NCBI GenBank assembly: GCA_044892505.1
Contig: CM097883.1
Coordinates: forward strand, 360,344,001 to 360,408,000
From: Schmidtea nova
Lineage: Eukaryota
Reading direction: 5' to 3'
DNA length: 64,000 nucleotides
Every line of letters begins with the position of its first letter. The first letter of the stretch is position 1. A program made the position numbers and the translations under genes. The notes beneath the pieces were generated by a model. It did not search any database and was not told where the DNA came from. It saw only the letters and a program-made list of their open reading frames with translations. Shown here piece after piece: positions 11,031-24,654 of the stretch.

Positions 11031-13720
11031 TTACAACATGTAGAGAGTGCGCAAGAAGTAGATTTGAAATTCTATGAACCCAAAACACCAAGTACAACCC
11101 ATTAACAGCAGAATACATGAAATAATCGATCAAAACAAGTTGAAAAATTGAAACGAACAAAAGCGCATTGGGTGTATACGTGAAAACATCAATTGTGTAA
11201 TAGAATAACACATTAGAAAAAATAGCATCTTTTCGGGAGGAAATTTTCAAATTTTAGTGTAGAAATTCAAAGAAAATACGAAAGAAAATCGTTTTAGTTA
11301 GAAATTATGATAAACTAGTTAAATTAGTAAAAACTTTGATTTAGAAATGAAATTTTAGATCAAAAATAAATTATTTAGAGTTTATTTGAAATTTTATTCA
11401 ACAAATAATAATTCAATTCTGCGTAAAATTATTAAAATTAGTTTTCAAGAATCGGAAAATTCCTTCTAGAACAATTTGTTTTAATACATCAACGAAAATA
11501 ACAATTTGAGCATATATATATACCGCCATCAAAATGAATTTCTTCAGAATTTCTAGTATTACGAGAACCCCTACCTCTCCACATTTTGAAACTAAATCTT
11601 TTTTACAAACTCAGACGAGCACTCTTAGGAAGAAGCCACCAAAGATATTGGATGTAAGGGCTATTTCTTATATTTTATTTTTTCTTCGATGGGAGACTTT
11701 CCTAGATCATGCCCTTCGATCGTCTCCTACCGAGTATTATTTATTAATGACATTTTATGTATTTATGTGTAGAAATTACATCTATTACTTAAACGTTTTT
11801 TCTAATTTTATTCTAGACCAAATTTTTATTAATAAGAATAAACCCCTGTCACGTCATTCCTCATAAAACCAAATTTTTATTCGCAATTAATATTTACCAT
11901 ATAAATTATTTAAATATATACATCTATAATTTTGTTATAATAATGAATCTTCTATACGTCTGATGATGGTCAACCTAGTCGTTGTACCGTCATTAGTCGC
12001 TTTGGTGAATCATTAGTTCGCTGGAGTCCTTTCAGCGTTCTGATCCATTTTTTCATCGAAGTTAGCACAGACATCCGATCTTGCTTCATCTCATACCTGG
12101 CTATATGAGGAGTAGTGGTTTGGCCAAGCGCAAGGTTTTGTTCAAAGTAAAGTTATTTATATTATAATATCGTAGCTATTCTTATTTATACACAAAAATC
12201 TGGCTCATGAATATACCAGATGTGAAAATGGTAATAGATGCTGGTAAATATGCAATTCTCGTAATTTCGCCTTCGCCCTAATGAACGTTTTTTCGTCTCG
12301 CTCCAAATGAATTCGCAAATTATCTGAAAATCACAATTGAAAAATCGTATTATCAACAGTTATAAAAGAAAAGAAATGTTCAGGATATATTAGATGACAT
12401 GAAGTAAAGTTAATTTTTCAGTTGAACCTCATTTTATCTGAAAGTATTTAAAAAGAAAAAAAATTAGTTTTTATTTCTAAACCTAATTTCGGGTATTCGA
12501 AGCCTTTAAGCTGTTGGGCAAAGACGGAGATTTGTTTAAATAGCGCGGTATTACAGTGTGTAGAGAGCGCGCGAGGAAGTAGATTTGAAATTCTATGAAC
12601 CCAAAACACCAAATACAACCCAGTAGCAGTAAAACACATGAAATAGTTGATTAGAACACGTTGAAAAATTGAAACGAATAAAAGCGCATTCGGTGTATAC
12701 GTAAAAAAACACATTTATAACGGGAGAACAACAGTTGTGTAATAGAATAGCACACTATAAAAAATAAACATCTTTTCGGGAGGAAATTTTCAAATTTTAG
12801 TGTAGAAATTCAGAAAATATGTAAGAAAATTGTTTTAGTTAGAAATTATGACAAATTAATTAAATTAGGAAAAACTTTGATTTAAAAATGAAATTTTAGA
12901 TAAAAATAAATTATTTAGAATTTAATTAAAATTCTATGCAAAAATAATAATTCAATTTTGCGCGAAATTATTGAAATTAATTTTCAAGAATCGGAAAATT
13001 CCTTCTAGAACAATTTGTTTTAATACCTCAACGAAAATGAAAATTTGAGCAACTATATATACCGCCATCAAAATGGATTTCATCATCAATTTCGTCAGAA
13101 TTTGGAATTTTGTTGCTAAAAATTTTGAAACGTTTTTAGCAGTGAAAGTTTTAAGAGATAACTTTGCTTAGAATCGTTTGAGAAAATTCACGGAAGGCGA
13201 ACCCCTCGAAAAAATTTCTAGAAATCGTATCCGAACCAAGCGGAGAAGCTATTTGAATATGTAAGAATCATGAATTTTATGTTATGCAGGCTAGCAAATC
13301 ATGCCATGTTACCCTGTCGTAGGTATTCTGATTTGATTTTTATTTTTTCTCGAAGGTTAATAATGTATTATCTTATGGTAAAATATGTAATGATTATTAT
13401 AATTTTTCTATTCAAGTTTTATATTTACTTTGATCATATTTTCTCACAACCTTATATACTTATATTGATATTCATTTATTTTTTTATATACACATTTATA
13501 TTTCTTTTAATTAAAACCATTTCCATACGTCTGATGATGGTCCACCTAGTCGTTGTATCGTCATTAGTCGCTTTGGTGAATCATTTGTTCGCTGGAGTCC
13601 TTTCAGTGTTCTGATCCATTTTTTCATCGAAGTGAGCGCAAACATCCAAAAACGCTTCATCTCATACCTGTCTATATGAGGAGTAGTGGATTGGCCAAGC
13701 GCAAGGTCTGTTCAAAATAA
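11030..13720. repeat. Diverged tandem duplication, period about 1.55 kb
   Basis: 11030-11535 matches 12550-13080 and 11950-12150 matches 13522-13720; an inverted fragment occurs at about 63900-64000. Confidence 0.8.
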
Positions 13721-14439
13721 TTAACGTCTAGAATCCTATTAAATTTTTTTGAAATGCGATATGGTATTCAACGACGCAAATGAATATTTTATTTATAGTA
13801 TTGTATATATATTTATTTACATCAAAATGCATAACTCTTATGACTACATAAAAATGCGAACATAATAAAAATGAATCAGAAATAGACATTCGTCTCGTCA
13901 ATCGCCTTCGCTAAATAAACATCGTCTCTACTTTACTATGAAAGAACTCGGAAAAAATCGATCGAAAAGCTCGTAAATAACTACTCAAAGAGCAGTAAAA
14001 ATGATATATTGAATAATGCTTACAGATTATGCTCAATAATAGTTCGTTGAAATTTTTCTCTAAATCGTGAACCTCATTGATAAAAACTTCTAAGAACTGC
14101 ATGTAGAATTTTGAATATTAGAGATCGTCAAAAGAACTGGCTTGAATTCTTATATACCTTATTTTTAGAAACCCATATATGGAAATTAGTTTTTGTAAAA
14201 ATTTATAATTTATTTTTAAACGTAATTTAAAATATAAATTTTTTTTTAGATTTAAATTACTTAGATTGCGAAATTTGTGAATAAAAATTTTATTATTGTA
14301 TAAATTTTATGGAATTTCAAATTTGGTCATAAAAATAAAAATTTACTTTTATAAATACTGTATTGCGTAAAAATTATAATATAAAGATTATAAATCAAAA
14401 GTTTTCCTAGAAATTTCTAAATCAAAAATTATATTGATG

Positions 14440-16822
14440 CTGGTTTGTTGGTTAGATTTACAACAGAGGTTATGCTTGATTTTATGGTTAGGGTAACCTC
14501 GCCAACATAAACGCTTTCCCCCGCTGATACCCATGATGTATCCCTAACTACTCATCATGTTGGAACTGTATCAACGTTGTGAAATGACAAGGCAGGTGAG
14601 CAGCCTTGCGGCTACTATTCCCCTGTTTATTCACGGGTCAACCACTACCGATAGAAGGTCTGAGTGGTTTTATTCCGGTCCCATCTTATTTATTTAAATT
14701 CATCACGTCTAGGGTGTATTTACTTTACTTATATCCTTTGGCCGAAAATGAATTAGTTTTATTCAATCATTCCATTTATTTAAATTCACATTCATTCCTC
14801 ATTCGTTCATAACGACACATTTTTAACTACAATACATTTATTCAACTTAACAACACCGTAGGGTTGATGACATCCAGTAACTGTTTTTCTGTTAGACCGC
14901 TCAGGAGATCCACTTCGATCCCGATCCGTTCCGCATATTCCCTTCTTTCTCGCCGCCTTTAGCGGCTAGCCTATTCATCCGTTTAGTTCACTTAGATCCT
15001 TCGGCTTTCGGAGCGATATTGGAGGTGTCTGAACTCGGACTCAAATTCATGTCAGTCTTCACGCCCATCGAGACGCTAGTAAACTGTACCCATCGCTCGA
15101 AAGTACTGGTTCGTATGAGCGGTCGTAGTTGTTGCTCAATGAACTACTTGGTTGACGCCCGCAAGTTATACTCAACTCTAATTTGACCGCTGCTGTCTCT
15201 CGCGCCTGCTCTTCCGCTGTTCTTTCTGATCGTTTCTGGGATTGTATTGACATCTACGAATGTTAGTTTTCGCGACTGAGCTCGTAATAGTCGCAATCTT
15301 CTTTTCGGTAGCATCTGAATTAGGGTATTTATTAGTTTTCATCCAGTTGGAGTCGTCACCTCTACATGCATTCATCATACTCATCATTCCTCATATCATA
15401 TCATTCACTCATATGTTATTAATAAGAATTTTTACTTACCGGTATTTCAATTTGTTGTTAATCATACATTTCTGTTTTCTTGTGCTAATGGTTCATTTTC
15501 ATACGTAACTGCATTATATTTAGTGGTGAGGCCTACTCACATTTGTCATTTCTATATATCGATTAGTTACGATGTGCGTATTGGTGATCAACTTCACCTT
15601 CTCAGTTATACTCATGCATTCTACATCGTTCGATATGAAAAATCATCACCAACTATATCAACATTTCTCTCAGAACAAGGGATGATTCGGGCAGTGGGTT
15701 TTCGGGTTTTGTATCGGAATTATCAGTAACTGCCCCCCTACGATACCTATCCCGGAATCTTTCTTAGATGTATCCGTCCTACAGGAGTCTAGGCGATATC
15801 CCTCTACATTAAGGATTTATGCAAGTGTTTTCTACTCCTTGTGTGCACTTACCCCTAGGGTATTGACTTTCGATCGTAATGGTTTTACTATGCTTTAACA
15901 ATCATGATATCACACATGGCTGTCTGGGTAGGGCGTTACGATGTCGACGTTATTGTCTATTCAAGTATATACGCCCCCTTTCATTCTGTTTTACTGCGAC
16001 TGATTAATCGATGCTGATAGTAACTGTATTTTCCCCAACAAATTTACACTGTCGAACCTTTACTGACTAAAATCTCGAACTCGTCCATTCATGTGCATCC
16101 TTCCCCCCAAACTGATTTTAGAAAACTTAATGGCTCGCTGCATGAGCCCTCACATGAGAATGTGTTGTGCTGAGAGGCCGAGAATCCCGTCAGATCGGAT
16201 GACCTTCGGGACAAACCTTATGGATTTTGATCATGAGGGTTTAAAATAAATGAAAACTTGAAATCAACGTACATTTTATTTCGATCACGATACTTTCTGG
16301 CAATTTGCTAATGAACAGTTTGATTCACAGTAATATTTCACTCCGTGCGAAATTTACACTCGGTAAAAATGACTTGGTGAAACGACTATCTTACTGAATT
16401 TGACTGCTGCTTATATACTAAATGATGTTGCCGGCCAGCCAATCAGAATTCAGTGTGCATGCAGACATTTGTGTGTTTAATTTTTTACGTTTGTCCGTAC
16501 TTGCTTAATGCTGTGAGTTTTCTGTTTAATCAACCGTGACTTTATTTTATTAATTTGTTTTATTTTGTAGCATTGTGCTGGTTGATCCGCCTACTCGTTG
16601 TCAATTTTGAGTAGCTAGTTCTATTCTATTGCTTTCATCGTTCCGCATGCGTAAGATTTTTGTTGTCAACATTTTATTTAATCTATTGTTAACCCTTTCA
16701 GGCTTTGTTGTGCGCTTGTCAAAATGCCGACTGGTTAGATTATCTGTTTGATTATTTCTCTTTATTTATTGGTATTTATTTAATTTTAAATCTTGTTCAT
16801 TTCAGATTTGCTTGGCCCAACA
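14440..16822 (-). mobile_element. Unclassified LTR-like element family E, copy E1
   Basis: On minus: starts TGTTGG, then CCAAT, AATAAA, a structured motif, ORF 15059-15253 homologous to the E2 ORF (EEQARETAAVKLEL vs EEQTRVTAAVRLEL), and the 3' CCTTCTATCGG/GCTCACCTGC block with GGGGGAAAG. Confidence 0.65.
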
Positions 16823-18063
16823 TTGAAATATATAAAAATTACAGATCAAAATTTTTATTATTATATTAAAATTTTTATTATTTTATAAAAATTCTAAAGT
16901 TAAAATGTTGTAGAAAAATTTGTAATTGATATAGTTATTATCTTAATTCTAAAAATTAATTTTTATTTATCCTTAAAATATAAAAATTTGAAATCGAAAA
17001 ATGTTTATTATAAAAATAAGGAATTAGGAATTTTATTATTATATAACTTTAGTAAAATTATAAATTTAAAATTTGTAGAAAGAATTATAAAAATTTTTAT
17101 TATTATCTTAATTCTAAAAATTATTTTATATATAAATATATATTATTTTATAAATAACCCCCGCGATATCACAAAAATAACAATACATCCATATTTGCAA
17201 AGCAATACATCCATACCATTCAACAACACCATCCATACATAATACCATATAAAATTTAGCTAACTGCCACACACATATACCACATCCTTTCAGTCATTTA
17301 CATCCACTAGCATCCACACATCCAGAATATTCACACAAGATATTCATTCAACAAAATCTGTCTGCATCATACATCCAGAATTTGCACAAGCATTCACATC
17401 CATCCTTACTTATCTCACCCAACATACAATCACCTGCAACTGTCCCAACGAAAACTCATAATAGACCTGTAAAGTATATAAATACAAACTCGCAATCATT
17501 GTTCCCACATCATGCATAAAAATGCATACATCCAACAAAATAATGCAAAAGCTGCATTCATTCACATCTCATCATTAGGCTATCCATTTCATTCAACCAC
17601 AACAAAATACAATATATATTTTACTATTTTTATTTCAAGTAAAAACAAAATCGATATTTATTAAGCAATATTTATTTTAATACTATAAAATAAATCAAAA
17701 ATTTCAGTTATAAATAAAATAAATAACACAAAATACAATATTAATTTTATTATTTATCTTCATGATAGAGCAAACAAAGAAATTCCAGTTAGAAGAAGAT
17801 CAATAAGTACAAAAATGCAATATCTCTTATCTTTTAGAAGAGTAAATAAAATTGCATTGGGATTTGTGCAAGTTCCGATGAAAGCTGACTGTCTGGTGAG
17901 TTGATAGGAGGTTTTAAAGTTAGTCACTGAAGGATTTTCCGGTTTGATTTTATCATCCTTCTGGATAAATTCCACTCGAAAACAGAGACTTAAGTCAAGC
18001 TATGAAATGATAATACCAAATCCTACTCTTGACGATCCTGTTCACTTGTATTCTCATGACTCT

Positions 18064-18417
18064 TTATGCATTATAGATAGTCTCTTCAACATCTGACGAA
18101 ATATTAGACAAAATTCCAGGATATTCATTACTTTTAGATGACATAGAGTTTTTAAGAGATGAAATTATGTTTTCTAAATTCCCGTATTCAATTAGGAGGA
18201 TATGGGCATGATTTTTGAGAAATTCACTTAATTCTATTCCAATAGAAATCAATAGCTGATGCTCTGTAGGAAGAGAGTAAATGTTTGTCGGTTCAGTTAT
18301 TTCTTTGGAAGTAAGGAACTCAATTAATAATTTAGAATTGACCTTAAGATTCGAGATAGATTGAAACCATTGATCCCAGTTTCTGCATTTAGATACTATA
18401 GAAGTAATTAATTTCAA
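18064..18417 (-). CDS. Hypothetical 117-aa ORF, possibly continued by 17760-17975
   Basis: ATG start and protein-like composition; no motif recognised. Confidence 0.25.
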   Translation of the reverse strand: MKLITSIVSKCRNWDQWFQSISNLKVNSKLLIEFLTSKEITEPTNIYSLPTEHQLLISIGIELSEFLKNHAHILLIEYGNLENIISSLKNSMSSKSNEYPGILSNISSDVEETIYNA

Positions 18418-18779
18418 TTTACCAATTTTAATTATTAATTAACCTGTTTTTTCCAATAAATAAGCTTTTATGGAAAATTGGAGTAAGATTCCATGAGATG
18501 GAACAATAATTTCGCAGATAATTTTCAATTGGGTGTTTGGAAAGAGTGATCAGTATTCAAATTTGATAAAGGTTAAATAAAAGTTTAAACAAATATAATA
18601 TTAACAGAAATTTAAAGCAAGAAAATTATTTATAGATATAAAAATAGGGAAAAACCTAAAATAGAAATAAAATTATTTTTGTAAATTAAAAATTAAAGTT
18701 TCATTTTTTTTAAATGTAGATTAAAATTTTATTTTAGAATGTTTTATTTAATGATTGCCAAAAATTGCAATATTAGTAA

Positions 18780-19153
18780 AATTGAGTGTTTGGTTAGTGT
18801 TTCCGATGTTCGGAATAATTTATATGGATGCAATAATAAATTTATAGTTATGTGGAATATTTATGTTGAATTGCCGATAAAATTTTGTTGAATGCTTATA
18901 AACAAATCATTGAAGAAGGAACAAAATGGGTATTAAACCTTCTATAGGTAGGCCTTGGACCCAGGAGTTATTCGGTCATTCATAGTTTCGAATTTTCGAC
19001 GCTCACTGATTGCGAATACCCACACATTTGTTGCATTACCAACGTTACATTGTGACGGGCAACAAGATGGTTAATCTAATGTTTTGTATGCTGAGTTGTT
19101 GATGGGAGCCATAGCAACGTCAAGGTCATATTGACGATCAACAACCCATCAAA
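18780..19153 (+). repeat. Repeat family F copy 3
   Basis: Same conserved 3' block, ending TCAACAACCCATCAAA. Confidence 0.8.
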
Positions 19154-20320
19154 GCGAAGTATTCCATAAAATTCGGGTGTACTTTGCTTGAATTCGCATA
19201 AGAACGAAATTAAGCTTGTAAAGAACCTATTTTACAAAAACCTTTTACACCAAAAGTGTTAAATTTGGATTATATTATGATAAAAGAAAATTTGCTAATT
19301 GGAAATTTTATTATTTTATAAATTTTATTGAATTATTCTTATTTTAGAATTTTATTATAAATTTTACATCTTGAATTTATTATTAAAAATTTCGTATTAT
19401 AAAATTTAGAATTTAAAATGTAAAAGACGAAATCTAAAATTTTAAATATTATATAAAATTTCCTAAAAGTCGAAAATTAATTTTATATTAAATTACAAAA
19501 AGTGCATTCAAATTCTAAAAGTATATTTGTATATTTACATAACCATAAAATCCCTAATTCATCTCATGAAAATAACCCAAATTGACCCATAAAATCCTCC
19601 TTGCAAAATACAACATCCATATCACTCATTAGTAACATCCATATATAACACTATACAGAAATTCATTCATTTATCAACACACAGACCATATCATTTCGTT
19701 CAATAATGTTCATCTGCATTGTACATCCAGAAATACTCCACGAGCACTCACATAAAACATATCCCTGCATACAAACACTTCATAGAAAACCAACAGTAAA
19801 CCTATGGAATTATTCGAGAATATAAACTGGTATATTACAATATACACTGATACAATCCCATGCACTCCTCAGCATCGGAATATACCACCCATCTAGGCAG
19901 CATGATACATCAACAATAGGAAACACCCAAAACAATTCATTTACGATCGTATTCAAGTTAATTCGTTTCACCAACACTAGCCCTTTCCCCAGCTCTCAAT
20001 ACCCCCTGGTAATAAAAATTTCATCTATGGGCAATCTAGTTTCTTACCCCATCAGAAAGATAATACGCAGCTGAATTTATCGAGCTAAAATCATATATGA
20101 CCAATTGAAAGGTCCTCTAACACAGAGCTCCGCAACCTTTTCTCACCCGCGGCACACCTAAAGACTTAAAAAATTTTCGCGGCACACCACAAACAAAAAT
20201 TTTTCAAAATTTACGTGATAAGAAATGCACAAGCAGAAAATGTATTTTTTTATTCGATAAATTTATTATCGCCGTTAACAACTATTTTTTATTTATAACT
20301 ATAACTAATATGAACAATCA

Positions 20321-22195
20321 CTAATGGGATACCTGTGCTTGTTTTAAGGAACATAATAGTTTTATATTGGGCTCAATATTTGAAAGAGCAACTCGAAGTT
20401 CTTGGTCAAGGCCCTTCAAGCACGACCGCTTATCATTTTTTATTAAAACTAGAGTTGAAAAACTTTCTTCACATATGTACGTGGTTGAAAATGGGAGCAG
20501 AACTTCAATAGCCTTTTCGGAAATTCGAGGATATTCTTCCTTAACCGCAATCCAAAACGTATCCAATGAAACGTCGGAAAATTTTATTCTTAGCGTCCCA
20601 TCGTTCCTCAAGTCGAAAAATTCGTCTCGAATTTCAAGGGAAAGAGCTACTGTAGAATTTTCGGCATTCGGTGAAAAAGGATTTCGAATCCAATCGTATT
20701 GGTCTGTATTAATTATGTGAAAGTATTGGTGAAATTTCTGTTGTAGCAATGTTAAATGTTGTTCGGCCAAACGCAATATGATCTGCTTGTTTTTTCCTGC
20801 TTGTGCAATCCTTCCAATCGTCTGGTTGGTTCTTTGGTACATTTCTAGTGATCCTTGTTGTAACTCCGATTGCCAAAGATCAAGTTTCTGTTTGAATCGG
20901 TTCAATTTGTCGGAGCATGTCAACAAATTTTCATTTCGCCCTTGCATTTTTTTATTAAGTTCATTCAGGTGTTCAAATATGTCAGCCATATAGGCAAGTT
21001 TGGTCATCCAGTGATTATCTTGTAGGAGATTGTGTAATTCGGGCACATTTTGATTCAATAGAAAATCACTAACCTCTTCGCGAAGCTCAAATAGTCGTGC
21101 TAGAACTTTACCTCGGGACAACCAGCGTACTTCTGTGTGAAGTAATAAGGATTGATATTCCGATCCCATTTCTGCGTAGAGTATCCCAAAAATTCGCGAA
21201 TTCAAGGCTTTTGATTTAATTAAATTTATAATGCTGATGCATTCATTCATTGTTGCCAATAGTTCCGAAGGTAAGTTTTTAACCATCAAAGCTTCTCGAT
21301 GTATGCAGCAATGTGTAATTTGTATTGCCGGATTTTGTCGCTTCACACATGAGACAAACCCCTTTTTATAACCCATCATTGCCGCAGCGCCATCCGTGCA
21401 AACACTCATGCAATTGCTCCATTGAATACCATAGGTTTTGAAGAACTCATCAGTTACTTGAAAAATTTCCTCACCGGTAGTCCGCTCTGGAAGTTCTTTG
21501 CAAAACAAATAATGATCTTTTATGGACTCCTCGTCAACGAAACGTACAATACATATTAGTTGTGCTCGGTTTTTGATATCGGTTGATTCGTCAATCTGAA
21601 GAGAAAAATTCTCCGTCATTTTCAATTTTGTAATTAATGTTTTTAAAATATCGCTTGACATATCATCAATACGTCTTTTAACAGTATCAGCTGATAACGA
21701 AACTTTACTGACTTCATTAATTTCATTAGGCCCAAACATTAATCGAGTGATTTCCATGCATGCTGGTTTAATAAGGGTTTCGCCAATTGTATGTGGTTTT
21801 TTCTGACGTGCAATTAATTTTGCAACGTGGTTACTAGTTTCTAACGCTTTGTCAGAAATTGTAACGGACGATCTCATAAATTTCCTCTGTTTTAAATTTT
21901 GATTTAAAAGCCGCTGAAAATATTGTTTGTCCTTGTTGGCGCAATTGGGATGTTTTGATTTTAGATGGCGAATCAGTTTACTTGGCACCATTGCCTCGTT
22001 GGAAAGCTGTTCTCTGCAAATTACGCATTCTGGTTTCGGAGCCGCTTCTTCACCACACCATGAAAATCCGTATTGAATATATTCTGCATTGTATTGCCTT
22101 TTCACTAGCTTCGGTCTTTTTACATCATTGCTCGTGCTGGGTTCATCATCATTTGTCGATAAAGTTGAACATTCTTTACGCAAAAACTTGTCCAT
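20321..22195 (-). CDS. Buster-type hAT transposase, 624 aa, apparently intact
   Basis: BED finger (CVIC...HLKSKH), catalytic D in SLQIDESTD, D in CTDGAAAM, CxxH in HCCIH, E in TYICEESFS, C-terminal dimerisation region. Confidence 0.95.
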   Translation of the reverse strand: MDKFLRKECSTLSTNDDEPSTSNDVKRPKLVKRQYNAEYIQYGFSWCGEEAAPKPECVICREQLSNEAMVPSKLIRHLKSKHPNCANKDKQYFQRLLNQNLKQRKFMRSSVTISDKALETSNHVAKLIARQKKPHTIGETLIKPACMEITRLMFGPNEINEVSKVSLSADTVKRRIDDMSSDILKTLITKLKMTENFSLQIDESTDIKNRAQLICIVRFVDEESIKDHYLFCKELPERTTGEEIFQVTDEFFKTYGIQWSNCMSVCTDGAAAMMGYKKGFVSCVKRQNPAIQITHCCIHREALMVKNLPSELLATMNECISIINLIKSKALNSRIFGILYAEMGSEYQSLLLHTEVRWLSRGKVLARLFELREEVSDFLLNQNVPELHNLLQDNHWMTKLAYMADIFEHLNELNKKMQGRNENLLTCSDKLNRFKQKLDLWQSELQQGSLEMYQRTNQTIGRIAQAGKNKQIILRLAEQHLTLLQQKFHQYFHIINTDQYDWIRNPFSPNAENSTVALSLEIRDEFFDLRNDGTLRIKFSDVSLDTFWIAVKEEYPRISEKAIEVLLPFSTTYICEESFSTLVLIKNDKRSCLKGLDQELRVALSNIEPNIKLLCSLKQAQVSH

Positions 22196-22577
22196 ATTTA
22201 AAATTATATAAAGTAAATATGAATAAAATAATTTTATTATTACACGCCCAGGTACAAATATTATTAGTAATCGTAAAATATTTTAAATGTTATTTTAATT
22301 GTAATATTTATATATTAAAAATTATTCAAATTCAATATTTAGAATTGAGCGCTAGTCAAGTTATTTACAAAAATAATTATTTGAATATTTAAAATTATAT
22401 AAAGTAAATATGAATAAAATAATTTTATTATTACACGCCCAGGTACAAATATTATTAGTAATCGTAAAATATTTTAAATGTTATTTTAATTGTAATATTT
22501 ATATATTAAAAATTATTCAAATTCAATATTTAGGATTGAGCGCTAGTCAAGTTATTTAGAAAAATAATTTTTTGAAT
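22194..22577. repeat. 191-bp tandem duplication immediately upstream of the transposase ATG
   Basis: 22194-22384 repeated at 22385-22575 with few substitutions. Confidence 0.9.
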
Positions 22578-23255
22578 ACTTACATTAATTTTTATCTTCT
22601 AAATTCACAAAATCACAGAGAGATGAGTACACTATAAAAGCTAACTTACGAATGAAAATTTAAAATCATCATCTGATTCAATAAAATAATGGATCAGTTG
22701 TCCGAAGTCAACGAAAACAAATTTCTCTAAAATTTCTTGTATTTATTGTTCAGGCTGTAAAACTTGGTAGCACAACATAAGACAATAAATTTAAATGTGG
22801 ACAACCTGAAATGTAATTTTTTAACCCATGTTTATTGACCGAATATTTTGTCAACAACGCAATTATTTGTAAACAAAATAGATATAAGCATAACGCACAT
22901 GTCCGTCATAAACCCTATATTTTTTTCTCGGATAGGCATTGCGCCGCGGAACACCGGTTGCGGAGCTCTGCTCTAACAGACTAAATCCTCTTAGTATAAT
23001 AAAAATCAATTTCGCATAAAACTGAGTCCTAATAAGAAAGGAATTATTTATAACTTGACCGAATAGCCAATTCTATATTACAGCTTTCAGTGTTGTATAA
23101 AGAGAAACTCCGACATAAAAAGTGTAAAAAAAATATAATTGAAAAATTTTGATAATATCAGAACAAAATTAGAAAACTTTATTTTTTAAATACTTACAAT
23201 ATGAACGAATATCACAAGCAAAAAATGTGAAAAAACTCCATCGATAAGGGTAAAT

Positions 23256-24020
23256 GGTGCATGCTGAAATTAATGGATTTAAAATAAATTAATGGATTTA
23301 AAATATTTATTATTAAAAATAAAACACTAAGTTTATAAATAATACATGGCAATACAAAAAAATCTTTTTATCAGCAGAAAAGATTCATACACAAATTTTT
23401 AACATATTTATTCCACTTTTTACTAATACTGCAGTGATGAAAACATCAATACTATTTCGTTGAATCTTTTATACTTCTCAACGCCACGCTCCATTGTACC
23501 AGTAGCTAATCGAAAGCTGTGACGATGAGAAATTTGATAATGGAAAAGTAAATTGTGGTACACGCATAATCCCTGATGAATGGAGAGCTTACGGAGCTGC
23601 CATACGGAATTTGCAGTATTTTGAACATGAAACAATCAATCACAGCATCCATTTTGTTGATCCGGAAAATCCGGATATTAACACACAGTCGATTGAAATT
23701 TTGTGGTCACATGCAAAATATGCATTAACGAAAAACGGAATCAATAAGGAGAAAGAGTTTGATCACTTGATTAAATTCATGTGGGAGCGTGGCGTTGAGA
23801 AGTATAAAAAATTCAACGAAATAGTATTGATGTTTTCATCACTGCAGTATTAATAAAAAGTGGAATAACTATGTTAAAAATTTGTGTATGAATCTTTTCT
23901 GCTGATAAAAAGATTTTTTTGTATTGCCATGTATTATTTATAAACTTAGTGTTTTATTTTTAGTAATAAATATTTTAAATCCATTAATTTATTTTAAATC
24001 CATTAATTTCAGCATGCACC
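23256..24020 (+). mobile_element. Merlin (IS1016/ISXO2-like) derivative with ~235-bp inverted arms
   Basis: Termini GGTGCATG / CATGCACC; 8-bp TSD GGGTAAAT (23248-23255, 24021-24028); 23256-23491 is the reverse complement of about 23784-24020. Confidence 0.85.
23560..23853 (+). pseudogene. Merlin/ISXO2 transposase C-terminal fragment
   Basis: ...DEWRAY...HETINHSIHFVDPENPDINTQSIEILWSHAK, the typical ISXO2-like DDE motif. Confidence 0.85.
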
Positions 24021-24654
24021 GGGTAAATTTCAAAATTCCAGCAGAAAGACTCATCAATCTTCTAGTCTAAAATAAAATTGGCAATTGTGAGATATCTTCT
24101 ATTCTAAATTAAAATTGACAATTGTGAGATAACAAAATATTTATTAGGTTTACTTTCATGTTTATCAAATGCCTTGGTCGAGAATTCCTTCCAGATAGCC
24201 TAGCTGGTACTAATATCTAGAGTATAAATGAAAGGCGTTAAAAGAAAAAATTTAAGTTGCCTTACCAGTCGATTTTTGGCAAAGTAATAAAGAATTTTTC
24301 GTACAAGAATAGTTATCTGAGAATCGATAAGTATATTATGGGATTTAAATTCCCATAATATAAGTCGACCAATCAGAGTTCTTTAAATTTGCATTCTCAT
24401 CTATATAGTAAATCCTTTCATCGGGGGAGCGTGGCTAATTCCCACGACAGGACAAACGAAATTTTATTTCCTAATTTGAAATATAATTCTGCATCCAAAA
24501 ATAACAATAAAGCACGTCAAATTCGTACCAAAATTTTAAGAAATCAGACTGAATATAGAGAAAATTTTGGATCTTTACCTGTTGCTATGGACGCGGCAAG
24601 AATTTAAAAGTTATAATGTTAAATTTTTAATAAAATTTATATCACAAATTTAGA

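Larger units (their letters stand above)
20123..22970 (-). mobile_element. Autonomous hAT transposon, Buster/SPIN group
   Basis: Perfect 15-bp TIR CAGAGCTCCGCAACC; 8-bp TSD CTCTAACA (20115-20122, 22971-22978); full transposase ORF inside. Confidence 0.95.

Noticed and set aside
11955-11975. CTGATGA here and at about 13530
   Set aside because: No stem II-GAAA or NUH arrangement downstream.
20367-22392. Plus-strand ORFs overlapping the Buster transposase (and those opposite Gypsy pol)
   Set aside because: Antisense shadows of long coding frames.
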